A stretch of DNA of 64,000 nucleotides from the human T2T-CHM13v2.0 reference genome, Homo sapiens, in assembly GCF_009914755.1 (NCBI RefSeq), contig NC_060932.1. One strand, given 5' to 3'. The notes beneath the pieces are model-generated. The model had not been told where the DNA came from and ran no database searches. It saw only the letters and a list, made by a program, of their open reading frames with translations. The translations under genes were made by a program, and so were the position numbers. Of the stretch, positions 1 to 25,881 are shown piece after piece (position 1 is the stretch's first letter; the number at the start of each line of letters is the position of its first letter).

Positions 1-449
1 AGGGTCAATTGATCCTAAAAAATAAGTTTATTACCCAATCAACCACAGATATCAGGAGAAAGCTACAAAAGCTAGCCCTGGGCCCTGAACAAAATTTGGA
101 GGAATTATTAAACCTGGCAACCTCAGTGTTCTATAACAAGGACCAAAAGGAACAGGCCGAAAAGGAAAAGCAAGATAAGAGAAAGGCTGCAGCCTTAGTC
201 ATGGCCCTCTGACAAACAAACATTGGTGGTTCAGACAGGACAGAAAATGGAGCAGGCCAATCACCCAGTAGGGCTTGTTATCAGTGTGGTTTGAAGGGAC
301 ACTTTAAAAAAGATTCTCCAATGAGAAACAAGCCACCCCCTCACCCATGTCCAGTATGTTAAGGCAATCACTAGAAGGCACACTGCCCCAGAGGACAAGT
401 GTTCTCTGGGCCCGAAGCCCCCAACCAGATGATCCAACAACAGGACTGA
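1..449 (+). pseudogene. ERV gag C-terminal part (CA end + nucleocapsid)
   Basis: ORF 9..212 (DIRRKLQK...LLNLATSVFYN). The same frame continues past a premature TGA into CYQCGLKGHFKKDSP and CPVC*GNH*KAHCP (two degenerate CCHC knuckles) and ends QQQD-TGA at 447-449. Confidence 0.88.
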
Positions 450-3400
450 AGGTAACTGGGGCAAGTGCCAGCTCATGTCATCACCCTCACTGAGCCCTGG
501 GTAAGTTTAACCATTGAGGGCCAGGAAATTGACTTCCTCTCGGACACTGTCACAGCCTTCTCAGTGTTAATCTCCTGACCCGGACAGCTGTCCTCACAGT
601 CCGTTACCATCTGAGGAATCCTGGGACAGTCTGTAACCAGGTATTTCTCCCACCTCCTTGGTTGTAATTGGAAGACTTTGCTCTTTTCACATGCCTTTCT
701 TTTTATGCCTGAAAGTCCCACACCCTTATTAGGCCAAAGCTGGAGCTATTAGCTACATGAATATGGGGGACAAGTTACCCATTAGTTGTCCCCTACTGGA
801 GGAGGGAATCAACCCTGAAGTCTGGGCATTGGAAGGACAATTTGGAAAGGCAAAAAATGCCCCCCACCCCAGTTCAAATCAGGCTAAAAGACCTCACCAC
901 TTTTCCTTATCAAAGGCAATACCCTTCCGGCCTGAAGCTCATAAAGGATTACAGGATATTGTTGACATTTAAAAGCTCAAGGGTTAGTAAGGAATGCAGC
1001 AGTTCCTGCAACCCCAATTTTAGGAGCACAAAAACTGAATGGTCAGTGGAGACTAGTGCAAGATCTTAGACTCATTTATGAGGCAGTAATTCCTCTATGT
1101 CCAGCTGTACCCAACCCCTATACCCTACTCTCTCAAACACCAGAGGAAGGAGAATGGTTCACTGTTCTGGACCTCAAGGATACCTTCTTCTGCATTCCCC
1201 TGCACTCTGACTCCCAGTTTCTCTTTGCATTTGAGGATCCCACAGACCACACATCCCAACTTATGTGGACGGTCTTTCTTCAAGGGTTTAGGGAAAGCTC
1301 TCATCTGTTTGGTCAGGCACTGGCCCAAGATCTAGGCTACTTCTCAAGTCCAGGCACTCTGGTCCTTCAGTGTGTGGATGATTTACATTTGGCTACCAGT
1401 TCGGAAGCCTCATGCCAGCAGGCTACTCTAGATCTCTTGAACTTTCTAGCTAATCAAGGGTACAAGGTGTCTAAATCAAAGGCCCAGATCTGCCTACAAG
1501 TCAAATATCTAGGCCTAATCTTAGCCAGAGGAACCAGGGCCCTCAGCAAATAATGAATTCAGCCTATACTGGCTTATCCTTGCCCTAAGACATTAAAACA
1601 GTTGCGGGGGTTCCTTGGAAGCACCGGCTTTTGCCAACTATGGATCCCTGGATACAATGAGATGGCCAGGCCACTCTATACTCTAATCAAGGAGACCCAG
1701 AGGGCAAATACTCATCTAGGAGAATGGGAACCAGAGGCAGAAACAGCCTTCAAAACCTTAAATCAGGCCCCAGTACAAACTCCAGCCTTAAGCTTTCCCA
1801 CAGGAAAAAACTTCTCTTTATACATCACAGAGAGAGCAGGGATAGCTCTTGGAGTCCTTACTCAGACTAGTGGGACAACCCCACAACCAGTGGCATGCCT
1901 AAGTAAGGAAATTGATGTAGTAGCAAAAGGCTGGCCTTACTGTTTATGGGTAGTTGCGGCGGAGGCCATCTTAGTATCAGAGGCTATCAAAATAATACAA
2001 GGAAAGGATCTCACCAACTGGACTACTCATGATGTAAATGGCATACTAGGTGCCAAAAGAAGTTTAACCGCCTGCTTAGATACCAGGCACTACTCCTTGA
2101 GGGACCAGTGCTTCAAATATGCACTTGTGTGACCCTCAACCCTGCCACTTTTCTCCCAGAGGATGGGGAATCAATCGAGCATGACTGCCAACAAATTGTA
2201 GCCCAGACTTATGCCGTCTGAGAGGATCTCTTAGAAGTCCCCTTAGCTAATCCTGACCTTAACCTATATACTGATGGAAGTTCATTTGTGGAGAATAGGA
2301 TACAAAGGGCGGGTTATGCCATAGTTAGTGATGTAACAGTACTTGAAAGTAAGCCTCTTCCCCCAGGGACCTATGTCCAGTTAGCAGAACTAGTGGTGCT
2401 TACCCGAGCCTTAGAACTGGGAAAGAAAAAAAGAATAAATGTGTATACAGATAGCAAGTATGCTTATCTAATCCTACATGCCCATGCTGCAATATGGAAA
2501 GAAAGGGAGTTCGTAACCTCTGGGGGAATCCCCATTAAATACCACAAGGATATCATGGAGTTATTGCACGCAGTGCAAAAACCCAAGGAGGTGGCTGTCT
2601 TACAGTGCCAAAACCATCAAAAAGGTGAAGAAGAAAAGGCAGAAGGAAACTGTTGGGCAGACGCTGAGGCCAAAATTGCTGCCAAGCGGAACCTCCCATT
2701 AGAAATACCTACGGAAGGACCCTTGGTATGGAACAACCCTCTCCAAGAGATTAAGCTGCAGTATTCCCCGACCAAAACAGAATGGGGAATTTCATGGGGC
2801 CATAGTTTTCTCCCCTCTGGGTGGTTAATGACAGAAGAGGGAAAGGTATTCATACCTGAAGCCAGCCAGTGGAAAATACTTAAGTCCCTCCACCAAACTT
2901 TTCATATGGGTATTGAGAATACTCATCAAAGGGCCAAATCCCTAATTATAGGGCCAAATCTCCTCCAGACCATCCAGCAAGTAGTCAAAGCCTGTGAGGT
3001 GTGACAAAGGAATAATCCCTTGGTCCATCGTAAGGCCCCTCTGGGGAAACAAAGAATAGGGCGCTATCCTGCAGAGGACTGGCAGTTAGACTTCACCCAT
3101 ATGTCTAAGTCAAGGGGATTTCAATACTTGTTGGTCTGTGTTGATACCTTTACAAATTGGATACAAGCCTTCCTCTGCAAGACAGACAAAGGCTCGGGAA
3201 ATGGTTAAAGTCCTAATTCATGAAATAATTCCTGGATTTGGGCTTCCCCAAAGCTTACAAAGTGACAATGGTACAGCCTTTAAAGCCATGATAACTCAGG
3301 GAATTTCCAGGGCCCTAGGGATACAATATCACCTTCACTGTGTCTGGAGGCCACAATCCTCAGGGAAGGTTGACAAGGCAAATGAAACACTTCAGAGGCA

Positions 3401-3495
3401 CTTAAGGAAACTAACACAAGAAACTCGTCTCCCATGGCCTACTGTCTTGCCCATGGCCTTGTTGAGAAACCAAAATTCTCCTCACAAAATGGGGC
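450..3495 (+). pseudogene. ERV pro-pol (protease, RT, RNase H, truncated integrase), frameshifted
   Basis: Protease IEGQEIDFLSDTV (DTG decayed, ~513-551) in frame with the gag stop. RT: QDLR, VLDLKDTFF, FLQGF (LPQGF-like), CVDD (YVDD decayed). RNase H: LYTDGSS (~2264), AELVVL, YTDSKY. Integrase: HQTFH..CEV, WQLDFTH, VDTF, SDNG, PQSSGKV. Confidence 0.93.
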
Positions 3496-4773
3496 ACCTA
3501 CTATCCCTTCAGTGTAACTACACCCTACAACTTTAAGCCCCAACTGATCATAGTAACTTCTGAGTCACCCAAACAGCTCCATTCAGATGGCTTGTCCACT
3601 TCTCAGTTTGCCCCAAAATCATCACCACCTCCCTGCTTAACAAACAGTCTAGGTTTTGTAATGGCAAACATACTCCCTGCATGACCATTCACCCCTGGAG
3701 CCCCTGCAGCAGCGCCCCCACCACTAGTGAATGTCTTCTTATCCCCTCTTTCAATCACTCTCTTGAATGATTCCTAGTAGATATAAAATGTTTTTTTCTC
3801 CAATGGGAAAATAGAACACAGAAAGTCACTCAGTTTGCTCCCAATACCCCTTTCTAGCTGCTCACCAGAGCTACCTTGGCAAGTAGTCTAGGAGTATGGG
3901 AAAATGAAAACAACAAACTCACACACTTTTTAAACATACACAACCAGCCAAGGCATATTCCTCTTATGTGGAACTTCAACCTATATCTGCCTCCCCACCA
4001 ACTGGACAGGCACCTGCACCTTAGTCTTCCTAAGTCCCAACATTGACATTGCCCCAGGAAATCAGACCCTATCAGTGCCCCTCAAGGCTCAAGCCCATCA
4101 GTACAGGGCCATATAACTAATACCCCTACTTATAGGGTTAGGAATGGCCACTGCTACAGGAACCAGAATAGCCAGTTTATCTACTTCACTATCCTACTAC
4201 CACACACGCTCAAAGGATTTCTCAGACAGTTTGCAAGAAATAACAAAATCTATCCTTACTCTACAATCCCAAATAGACTCTTTGGCAGCAGTGACTCTCC
4301 AAAACCACCAAGGCCTATACCTCCTCGCTGCTGAGAAAGGAGGACTTTGCACCTTCTTAGGGGAAGAGTGTTGTTTTTACACTAACCAGTCAGGGATAGT
4401 GCAAGACGCTGCCTGGCATTTACAGGAAAAGGCTTCTGAAATCAGACAATGCCTTTCAAACTCTTATACCAACCTCTGGAGTTGGGCAACATGGCTTCTC
4501 CCCTTTCTAGGTCCCGTGACAGCCTTCTTGCTATTACTCGCCTTTGGGCCCTGTATTTTTAACCTCCTTGTCAAATTTGTTTCCTCCAGGATTGAGGCCA
4601 TCAAGCTACAGATGGTCTTACAAATGGAACCCCAAATGAGCTCAACTCACAACTTCTACCGAGGACCCCTGGATCAACCCACTGGCCCTTTGACTGGCCT
4701 AGAGAGTTCCCCTCTGGAGGACACTACAACTGCAGGGTCCCTTCTTTGCCCCTATCTAGCAGGAAGTAGCTAG
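3496..4773 (+). pseudogene. ERV env remnant: C-terminal SU (disrupted) + open TM reading frame 4144-4773
   Basis: SU motif CLPTNWTGTC. Decayed cleavage site HQYR/AI with TAA at 4114-4116. TM has ISD-like LQNHQGLYLLAAEKGGL (from 4297), CX6CC (CTFLGEECC), membrane anchor WLLPFLGPVTAFLLLLAFGPCIF and a cytoplasmic tail. Confidence 0.92.
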
Positions 4774-4829
4774 AGCGGTCATTGCCTAATTCCCAACAGC
4801 AGTTGAGGTATTCTGTTTAGAGGGGGGAT

Positions 4830-5282
4830 TGACAGGTGAGGGCAGCTGGACTTCCTGGGTCAAGTGGGGACTTGGGGAATTTTCCTGTCTTACAAGAGGA
4901 TTATAAAATGCACCAATCAGTGCTCTGTAAAACGCACCAATCAGCACTCTGTAAAATGCACCAATCAGCAGGATTCTAAAAGTAGCCAATCGCAGGGAGG
5001 ATTGAAAAAAAAGGGGACTCTGATAGGACAGAAATGGAACATGGGAGGGGACAATAAGGGAATAAAAGCTGGCCACCCTAGCCAGTGGTGGCAACCCACT
5101 CGGGTCCCCTTCCACGCTGTGGAAGCTTTATTCTTTTGCTCTTCAAAATAAACCTTGCTACTGCTCACTCATTGGGTCCGTGCCATCTTTAAGAGCTGTA
5201 ACACTCACTGCGAAAGTCTGTGGCTTCATTCTTAAAGTCAGCAAGACCACGAACCCACCGGCAGGAACCAACTCCGGACACA
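4830..5282 (+). mobile_element. 3' LTR, LTR12 family (short, LTR12F-like)
   Basis: Starts TGACAGGTGA after the PPT and ends CCAACTCCGGACACA. Three 24-bp repeats with CCAAT at 4913, 4937 and 4961, a fourth CCAAT at 4986, TATA-like AATAAAA at 5061 and poly(A) signal AATAAA at 5147. Confidence 0.88.
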
Positions 5283-6348
<1,066 letters not shown>

Positions 6349-6379
6349 ACTATCCTTTAAAACTCTGCAGGGGTTCAAC

Positions 6380-15450
<9,071 letters not shown>

Positions 15451-15454
15451 TTTT

Positions 15455-15741
15455 TTAATCTTTTATAGCACATTTGCACTGCACCTTTTCTATGGTTAGA
15501 TAGATTCAGATACACAGACACCTACTATTGTGTTATAATTGCCTACAGTATTCAGTACAGTAACATGCTATATAGGTTTGCAGCCTAGGCGCAATAGGCT
15601 GTACAATATAACCTAGGTGTATAGTAGGCTAGACCATCTAGGTTTGTGTAAGTACACTCTATGATATTCACACAACAAATTGCCTAACTATACATATCCC
15701 AGAATGTATCCTTGTCATTAAGTGACAGACGACTTACTGTG
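15455..15741 (-). mobile_element. Tigger3-family DNA transposon fragment
   Basis: Reverse-complement similarity to the element at 50051-50871 (AGCCTAGG..AATAGG, AAGTACACTCT, terminal region). Confidence 0.65.
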
Positions 15742-16381
15742 ACTACACTTAAATAAAGTACTTAGAATCGTAAAAATCATAAATTAAGACAAAAAGTAGA
15801 ATGATGGTTTTCAGGGGCTAGGTGGAGTGGGAAATAGAGAGTTATCGTTTAATGGGAATATTGTTTCAGTTTTGCAAGATTTAAAGAGCTCTGGAGATAC
15901 AGGGTGGTGATGGTTGCACAATATGAATGTACTTAATACCACAGAACTATACAATTAAAAATAGTTAAGATGGTAAATTTTGTGTTATGTGCATTAACTG
16001 CAGTATAAAATATTGAAAAAAACTAGTCAAATGATATAATGAAAGAAAGATGCATGTACACAGCAACAAAAAGAAAAAATACTTGAACATATACTTAATG
16101 AGAAATGTGAAAACCTATATGAGGAAAATGTTAAAACATTCCTGAAAGACATGAAAGTAAGCTTGAACAAATAGCCATTATTTTTTTTCTTTTTTTGGGG
16201 GGGTAGGGAAGACAGAGTCTTGCGTGGCTTACACACGTGAGCCACCACGCCCAGTCAATTCTGTTCTTTTTTAACAGGGCCTACCCTCAGGAGAAACTAC
16301 TTGATAGTTTCTGTGCCAGAAAGTAGGAAATTGATCACAAAATGACGAGGACATATTAAAAGGACCCATGATCCCTCTTCA

Positions 16382-16811
<430 letters not shown>

Positions 16812-16867
16812 TCACGAAATTTGTATTATAGGCGTGAGCCACCGCGCCCGGCCTCTATAGATAATTT

Positions 16868-17620
<753 letters not shown>

Positions 17621-17934
17621 AATAATATAGATACATATATACATAACAGACACATATATGTATATATAAAGACAGACATACAGCAAATGTGACAAAATGT
17701 TAACTGACACACGTAAGTGAAGAGTATTCATTGTACTGTTCTTTTAACTTTTTTCAAGGTATGAAAATTTTTATAATAAAAAATTGGGAGAAAAGATTAA
17801 AAAATGTAATTTAGGCCTGGCAAGGTGGCTCACGCCTCTAATCTCAGCACTTTGGAAGGCCGAAGCGGGAGGATTACCTGAGGTCAGGAGTTCGAGACCA
17901 TCGTGGCCAACATGGTGAAAGCCCGTCTCTACTA

Positions 17935-18150
<216 letters not shown>

Positions 18151-18366
18151 TCAGCTCAGAAGCGACAGAGGGAGTGTCTGTCTCAAAAAAAAAAAGTAAT
18201 TTAATAACATTTTTTGTTAGGATAATACTGATCAATCAGCTCAGAAACTTATCCTAATGCAAATAACAAAATTTAAATATAAGTGAAAACTCCTATAGAT
18301 ACTGACTTAAAAAAAATCAAGAACAAATCAGTCTGGCATCAGAATTCTCCACTGTAGCTGGGTTCA

Positions 18367-18704
<338 letters not shown>

Positions 18705-18929
18705 TTAACCAGTATCTAAAAGAAATTCTCCAAAGAAAGAATAATGTGACCCCAAATTTAAAACCCTCTAAGCAAAAGCTCATGGAATTTAGTTTCAGAG
18801 CCCTTTTATAACCAACTAAAAAAAGAAAAAACATCATCTTTGAGACAGAGTCTCGCTGTTGCCTAGGCTGGAGGCAGTGGTGTGATCTTGGCTCACTGCA
18901 ACCTCCATCCACCTCCTGGTTTCAAGTGA

Positions 18930-19286
<357 letters not shown>

Positions 19287-19415
19287 TAGTAAAGATGAGG
19301 TTTTGCCATGTTGGCCGGGCTGGTCCTGAACTCCTGACCTTAGGTAATCCACCCGCCTTGGCCTCCCAAAGTGCTGAGATTACAGGTGTGAGCCACCTCA
19401 CCTGGCATTTTTTAA

Positions 19416-19571
<156 letters not shown>

Positions 19572-20310
19572 TAGCATGTATTGCTATTAGCCTTAGATCA
19601 TAAGTAATTACAATTATGTGTGTCTATATCATTGCATAGTTGCATTTGCCTGTTTCTCTTACAGATTGTGGCACACTAGACATTTTTATTTCCCATAAAT
19701 CCTAGCACAGAGACTTGTACACAGCCAAGTTGATAAATATTTACTCTCTTTAACTAAGTTGAACCTACAGATTGCATATCCATGGGGCTGTGTGATTTAG
19801 AGAAAAAGACATGATTGAATATTGGCTGTACCACTAATTTACCTGCTGTGTGACCTTGGCCAAGTCATTTAATTTCTGAGTGTGTTTCCTCAACAGCAAA
19901 ACATGGGAATAGTTATCTGGGTGTGGTGGCACGTGCCTGTAGTCCGAGCTACTCAGGAGGCTGAGGAAAGATGATTGCCTGAACCCAAGAGTTCGAGGCT
20001 ACAGTGAGCTATTATCATGCCACTCCAGCCTGCACAAAAGAGTAAGACCCTGTCTCAACAAAGGAGGGTGGGGTAGGAGAATTGTTAAATACCTTCTAGT
20101 TTATGATTACATGACATAATATGTATAAGGGCACCTAGCACAGAGTGGTCTCAGAGTACAGTTTTTTAAATAGAAAGTTTTCTTAACTACAAAAAGGAAC
20201 ATAGAATTAACACATGTTGGCCAGGCGTGGTGGCTTATGCCTGTAATCCCAGCACTTTGGGAGGCCGAGGCAGGCAGATTACCAGAGGTCAGGAGTTCAA
20301 GACCAGTCTA

Positions 20311-20619
<309 letters not shown>

Positions 20620-20674
20620 TTACAGTAGGGGTATTTAATTGAAGATTTTAACCTGGGCTAGGCGTGGTGGCTCA

Positions 20675-20932
<258 letters not shown>

Positions 20933-21453
20933 TCAAAAAAAAAAAAAAAAAAAAGGAAAGAAAGAAAAGAAAAAAAAAACCCAAATCAAGGGAGCAATCC
21001 CAGTACTTCACCTTCATATCTGCTCCAACAAGATAATTCTGAAAGAAATAATAAGGAATGATAGAAACGGGCTGCTACAGGATGCAGGGGCCTCAGTTCC
21101 CTAGTTCATGAGAATTGAAGGAGTCCAGTTTGAGCCCTACACATACACAGTAACCTAAGGCACCTCTGCAGTACAGCAGGGAAAGAATGGCCTTTTCAGT
21201 CAATGATACTGGGTCGACTGGATATTAATATCAAAGAAAATAAATCTTAGCCAACCTCTAATACCATATAGAAACATTAATTCTAAATGGATTGTAATTC
21301 TAAATGTGAAAGGGAAAACTACACTTTCTAGAAGAAAACGTAAGAGAATAGCTCTGTGACCTTCAGGTAAACAAAGATTTCTTAAACAGAACAAACAAAG
21401 CACTCAACAGAAAGAAAAAAATTTATTTATTTTTATTTATTTGTATTTCTTGA

Positions 21454-21654
<201 letters not shown>

Positions 21655-22162
21655 TGAACTCCTGACCTCAGGTGATCTGCCGCCTCAGCCTCCCATAGTG
21701 CTAAGATTACAGGCGTGAGCCACCATGCCCAGCCTAAAAAAATTATTTATTTATTTATTTTTATTATTATTTTTTGACATGGAGTCTCACTCTGTCATCC
21801 AGGCTGGAGTTCAGTGGCCCCACCTCACTCACTGCAACCTCTGCCTCCCAGGTTCAAGCGATTCTCCTGCCTCGGCCTCCCGCGCAGTTGAGATTACAGG
21901 CACGCCATCACCATGACCGGCTAATTTTTGCATTTTTAGTAGAGATGGGTTTTCACCAGGTTGGTCAGGCTGGTCTCAAACTCCTGACCTTCAGTGATCT
22001 GCCTGTCTTGACCTTCCAAATTGCTGGGATTATAGGCATGAGCCACCATGCCAGGCCTAGAAAAAAATAATCTAAATGATCTTATAATTAAGAACTTTTG
22101 TTCACAAAAATTCAACATTAACAGAGTGAAAGCCAAACCACAGACTGATAGAATATATTTTA

Positions 22163-22576
<414 letters not shown>

Positions 22577-23004
22577 CTATGAATCAGCAATTTTACTTCT
22601 GGATATTTCTGAGTATTTACACAAAATGCATATAATTTGAGCACCAAACGTCATGTACAAAAATGTTCACAGTAGCTTTATGCATAACAGCTCAAAACTG
22701 GAAACAACCTAAATGTCTATCAACAGTAGAATTGATAAACTTGTGTCACACACATGCACACGCACACACACACACAATGAAATACTTCACAGCAGTGCAA
22801 AAAAACTATTTCTAAATGCCACAGAGATGAATCTCACAAACAATGCTGAGCAAAAAATGCCAGAAATGGCTGCAAATGGGGGCTTAAGATTGTAATCCCA
22901 GCGCTTTGGGAGGCTGAGGCAGTCAGACTGCTTGAAGCCAGGAGTTCGAGACCAAATTTGGGCAGCATGGTGAGACCCCATCTCTACAAAAAATACAAAA
23001 ATTA

Positions 23005-23148
<144 letters not shown>

Positions 23149-23381
23149 TCAAAATAAATAAATAAATAAATAAAAGAGCATTCAGCTGCCTGATAGCAAA
23201 ATTTCCCTCCTATATCAAATACAGTTTACCCCTTGTAGACTTGCACTTCTGGAAAAAAAAAAAAAAGGCTACTGCCTAAAATAATGTAATGATTCTTGTG
23301 TAATAAATAATGCGCCAGCCATACCCCCACAGAGGAGCAACTGAATGTCTTGGCAATTATTAAATTTTTTTTTTTTTTTGA

Positions 23382-23489
<108 letters not shown>

Positions 23490-24282
23490 TAGCGGGGATT
23501 ACAGGGTTGCACCACCACACCCAGCTAATTTTTGTATTTTTAGTAGAGACAGGGTTTCACCATGTTGGCCAGGCTGGTCTCGGACTCCTGACCTCCGGTG
23601 ATCCACCTGCCCTGGCCTCCCAAAGTGCTGGGCTTACAGGCGTGAGCCACCTCGCCCGGCCAATTATTAAATTTTAAAAAATTATTTACTTTTTTGAGAC
23701 AGGGTCTCACTCTGTCACCCAGGCTGGAGTGTAGTGGTGCAATAATGGCTCACTTCAGCCTCAACCTCACCTTAGTGATTCTCCCACCTTAGCCCGCTAA
23801 GTAGCTGGGGCTCTCCCTGCAGGGTAATGAGCTCACCCTGCAGGTAACTCCAGGTAAGGGTGTTCCTGCTTCTTCACTCCAAGAAGATGGCAGCAGATTT
23901 AGTCGTTGAGGAGAGTCATTGGGTTGGGAAAATGAATCCTGTTTAACTTTTGAGGTTCCCACTCTTTTCTCCATCAATGTGCCATATTTTACATGGCAAG
24001 TATCAACTCAACTGACACTTTAATTCAGTTTCTTATTTGATTAAACTTCAAGTTTGCTTTTTCAATTATCAGAAAGTTGTCTGTGGCTGAAGAAGAGTAC
24101 TAGAAATTTCCTAGGAAGATTCTGACTGTGCCTGGCAAAGAGACTCAGAGATTTAAGGTTATACTCTTTCTTTAATCCATCCAGTACCATGAAAAGCAAC
24201 CATTTCACTTCTCAGGCTATAAATTATGAAAGTTAATTCTTCACATTTTCCATCCTGGGTTTTTTTCTTTTTTTCATTAAAT

Positions 24283-24744
24283 AAGAGTTTAATTGAAGCA
24301 AGATCAGCCACACCACTTGGGAGATGGAGTTATTACTCAAATCAACCTCGCTGAAGGCTCAAAGGTTAGAGGTTTTTCAAAAACAGTTTGATGGGCAGCT
24401 GGCTAGTGTATGGGTGCTACTGATTGGTTGGGGATGCAATCATAGGGGTGTGAAAAATGGTCCTCATGCACTGAGTCTGCTTCTGGGTGGAAGCCACAGG
24501 ACCAGTGGAGTCACAGGTCCAGATGGGGCCATCCGGTTGTTAGAAATGCAAAAGCCTGAAAAGACATCTCCAAAGGCCAATCTTCATTTCTACAATGGTG
24601 ATGTTATCTACAGGAGTAATTGGGGAAGTTGCAAATCTATGACCTCTAGAATAATGGCTGAATTCAGGCTACTCTCATTCACCTAACTTGGTGGCCTTTT
24701 ATTAGTTTCATGAGGGCAGTTTAGTTTTGGGGAGGATGATTATC
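24283..24744 (-). mobile_element. LTR8-family (ERV1, MER4 group) LTR fragment
   Basis: Blocks GGAGATGGAGTTATTACTCAAATC, CTGATTGGTTGGGGATGCAATCATAGG and GGAGTAATTGGGGAAGTTGCAAATC match LTR8A/B-like consensus from recall. Confidence 0.65.
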
Positions 24745-24905
24745 TTTTTTTTTTTTTAAACTTTTAAGTTCAGGGGTACATGTGCAGGATGTGCACACAG
24801 GTAAATATGTGCCATGGTGGTTTGCTGCACAGATCATCCCAATACCTAGTTACTAAGCCCAGCATCCATTAGCTATTCTTCCTGATGCTCTCCCTCCCCC
24901 AACCC
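24745..24905 (-). mobile_element. L1PA 3' end fragment
   Basis: Poly(T) then TTTTAAGTTCAGGGGTACATGTGCAGG...GGTGGTTTGCTGCAC...CCTGATGCTCTCCCTCCCC, the reverse complement of a primate L1 3' UTR. Confidence 0.85.
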
Positions 24906-25542
24906 CATCCTGTTTTATTTATTTATGTTATTATTATTTTTTTGAGACAGGGTCTTGCTCTGTCGCCCAGGCTGGAGGCTGGAGTGCAGTGGCACAATCT
25001 CTGCTCACTGCAACCTCTGCCTGCTGCGCTCAAGCAATCCTCCCACCTCAGCCTCCAAGTAGCTGGGATTTCCGGGGTGCGCTACCATGCCTGGCTCTGG
25101 CTAATTTTTGTATTTTTTGTAGATACGGGGTTTCGCCATGTTGCCTAGGCTGGTCTCGAACTCCTGAGCTCAAGCGATCTACCTGCCACGGCTTCTCAAA
25201 GTGCTGAGATTACAGGCATGAGCTACGCACTCAGCCCTATCCTGTTTTTTGATAGGTGCATTGCAAGCATCCAAAGCTCTGCCCTCAATGGGCACTATAT
25301 GTATGTATATATACTTTTTTTTTTTTTTTGAGACGGAGTAGCTGTTGCCTAGGCTGGAGTGCAGTGACGCCATCTCGGCTCACTGCAAGCTCTGCCTCCC
25401 AGGTTCTCCTGCCTCAGCCTCCTGAGTAGCTGGGACTACAGGCACCCGCCACCACGCCCGGCTAATTTTTATTTTTTATTTTTTGTATTTTTAGTAGAGA
25501 CGGGGTTTCACCGTGTTAGCCAGGATGGTCTCAATCTCCTGA

Positions 25543-25881
<339 letters not shown>

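Larger units (their letters stand above)
1..5282 (+). mobile_element. ERV9/HERV9-like (class I, gammaretrovirus-like) provirus, 3' part; 5' LTR and most of gag lie outside the window; coding-defective
   Basis: Colinear gag NC zinc knuckles, protease, RT, RNase H, integrase and env SU/TM, then polypurine tract AGAGGGGGGA (4819-4828) and an LTR12-type LTR (TG...CA). Multiple stops and frameshifts. Confidence 0.93.

Noticed and set aside
1056-3536. Long pol ORFs (165, 176, 238, 132 aa) as functional enzymes
   Set aside because: Split by stops and frameshifts; catalytic motifs are decayed (DTG to DTV, YVDD to CVDD) and the integrase is truncated.
4904-4970. Regular 24-bp repeats that could look like a CRISPR or iteron array
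   Set aside because: Head-to-tail repeats without unique spacers, inside an LTR12 U3; this is the ERV9 CCAAT enhancer repeat.
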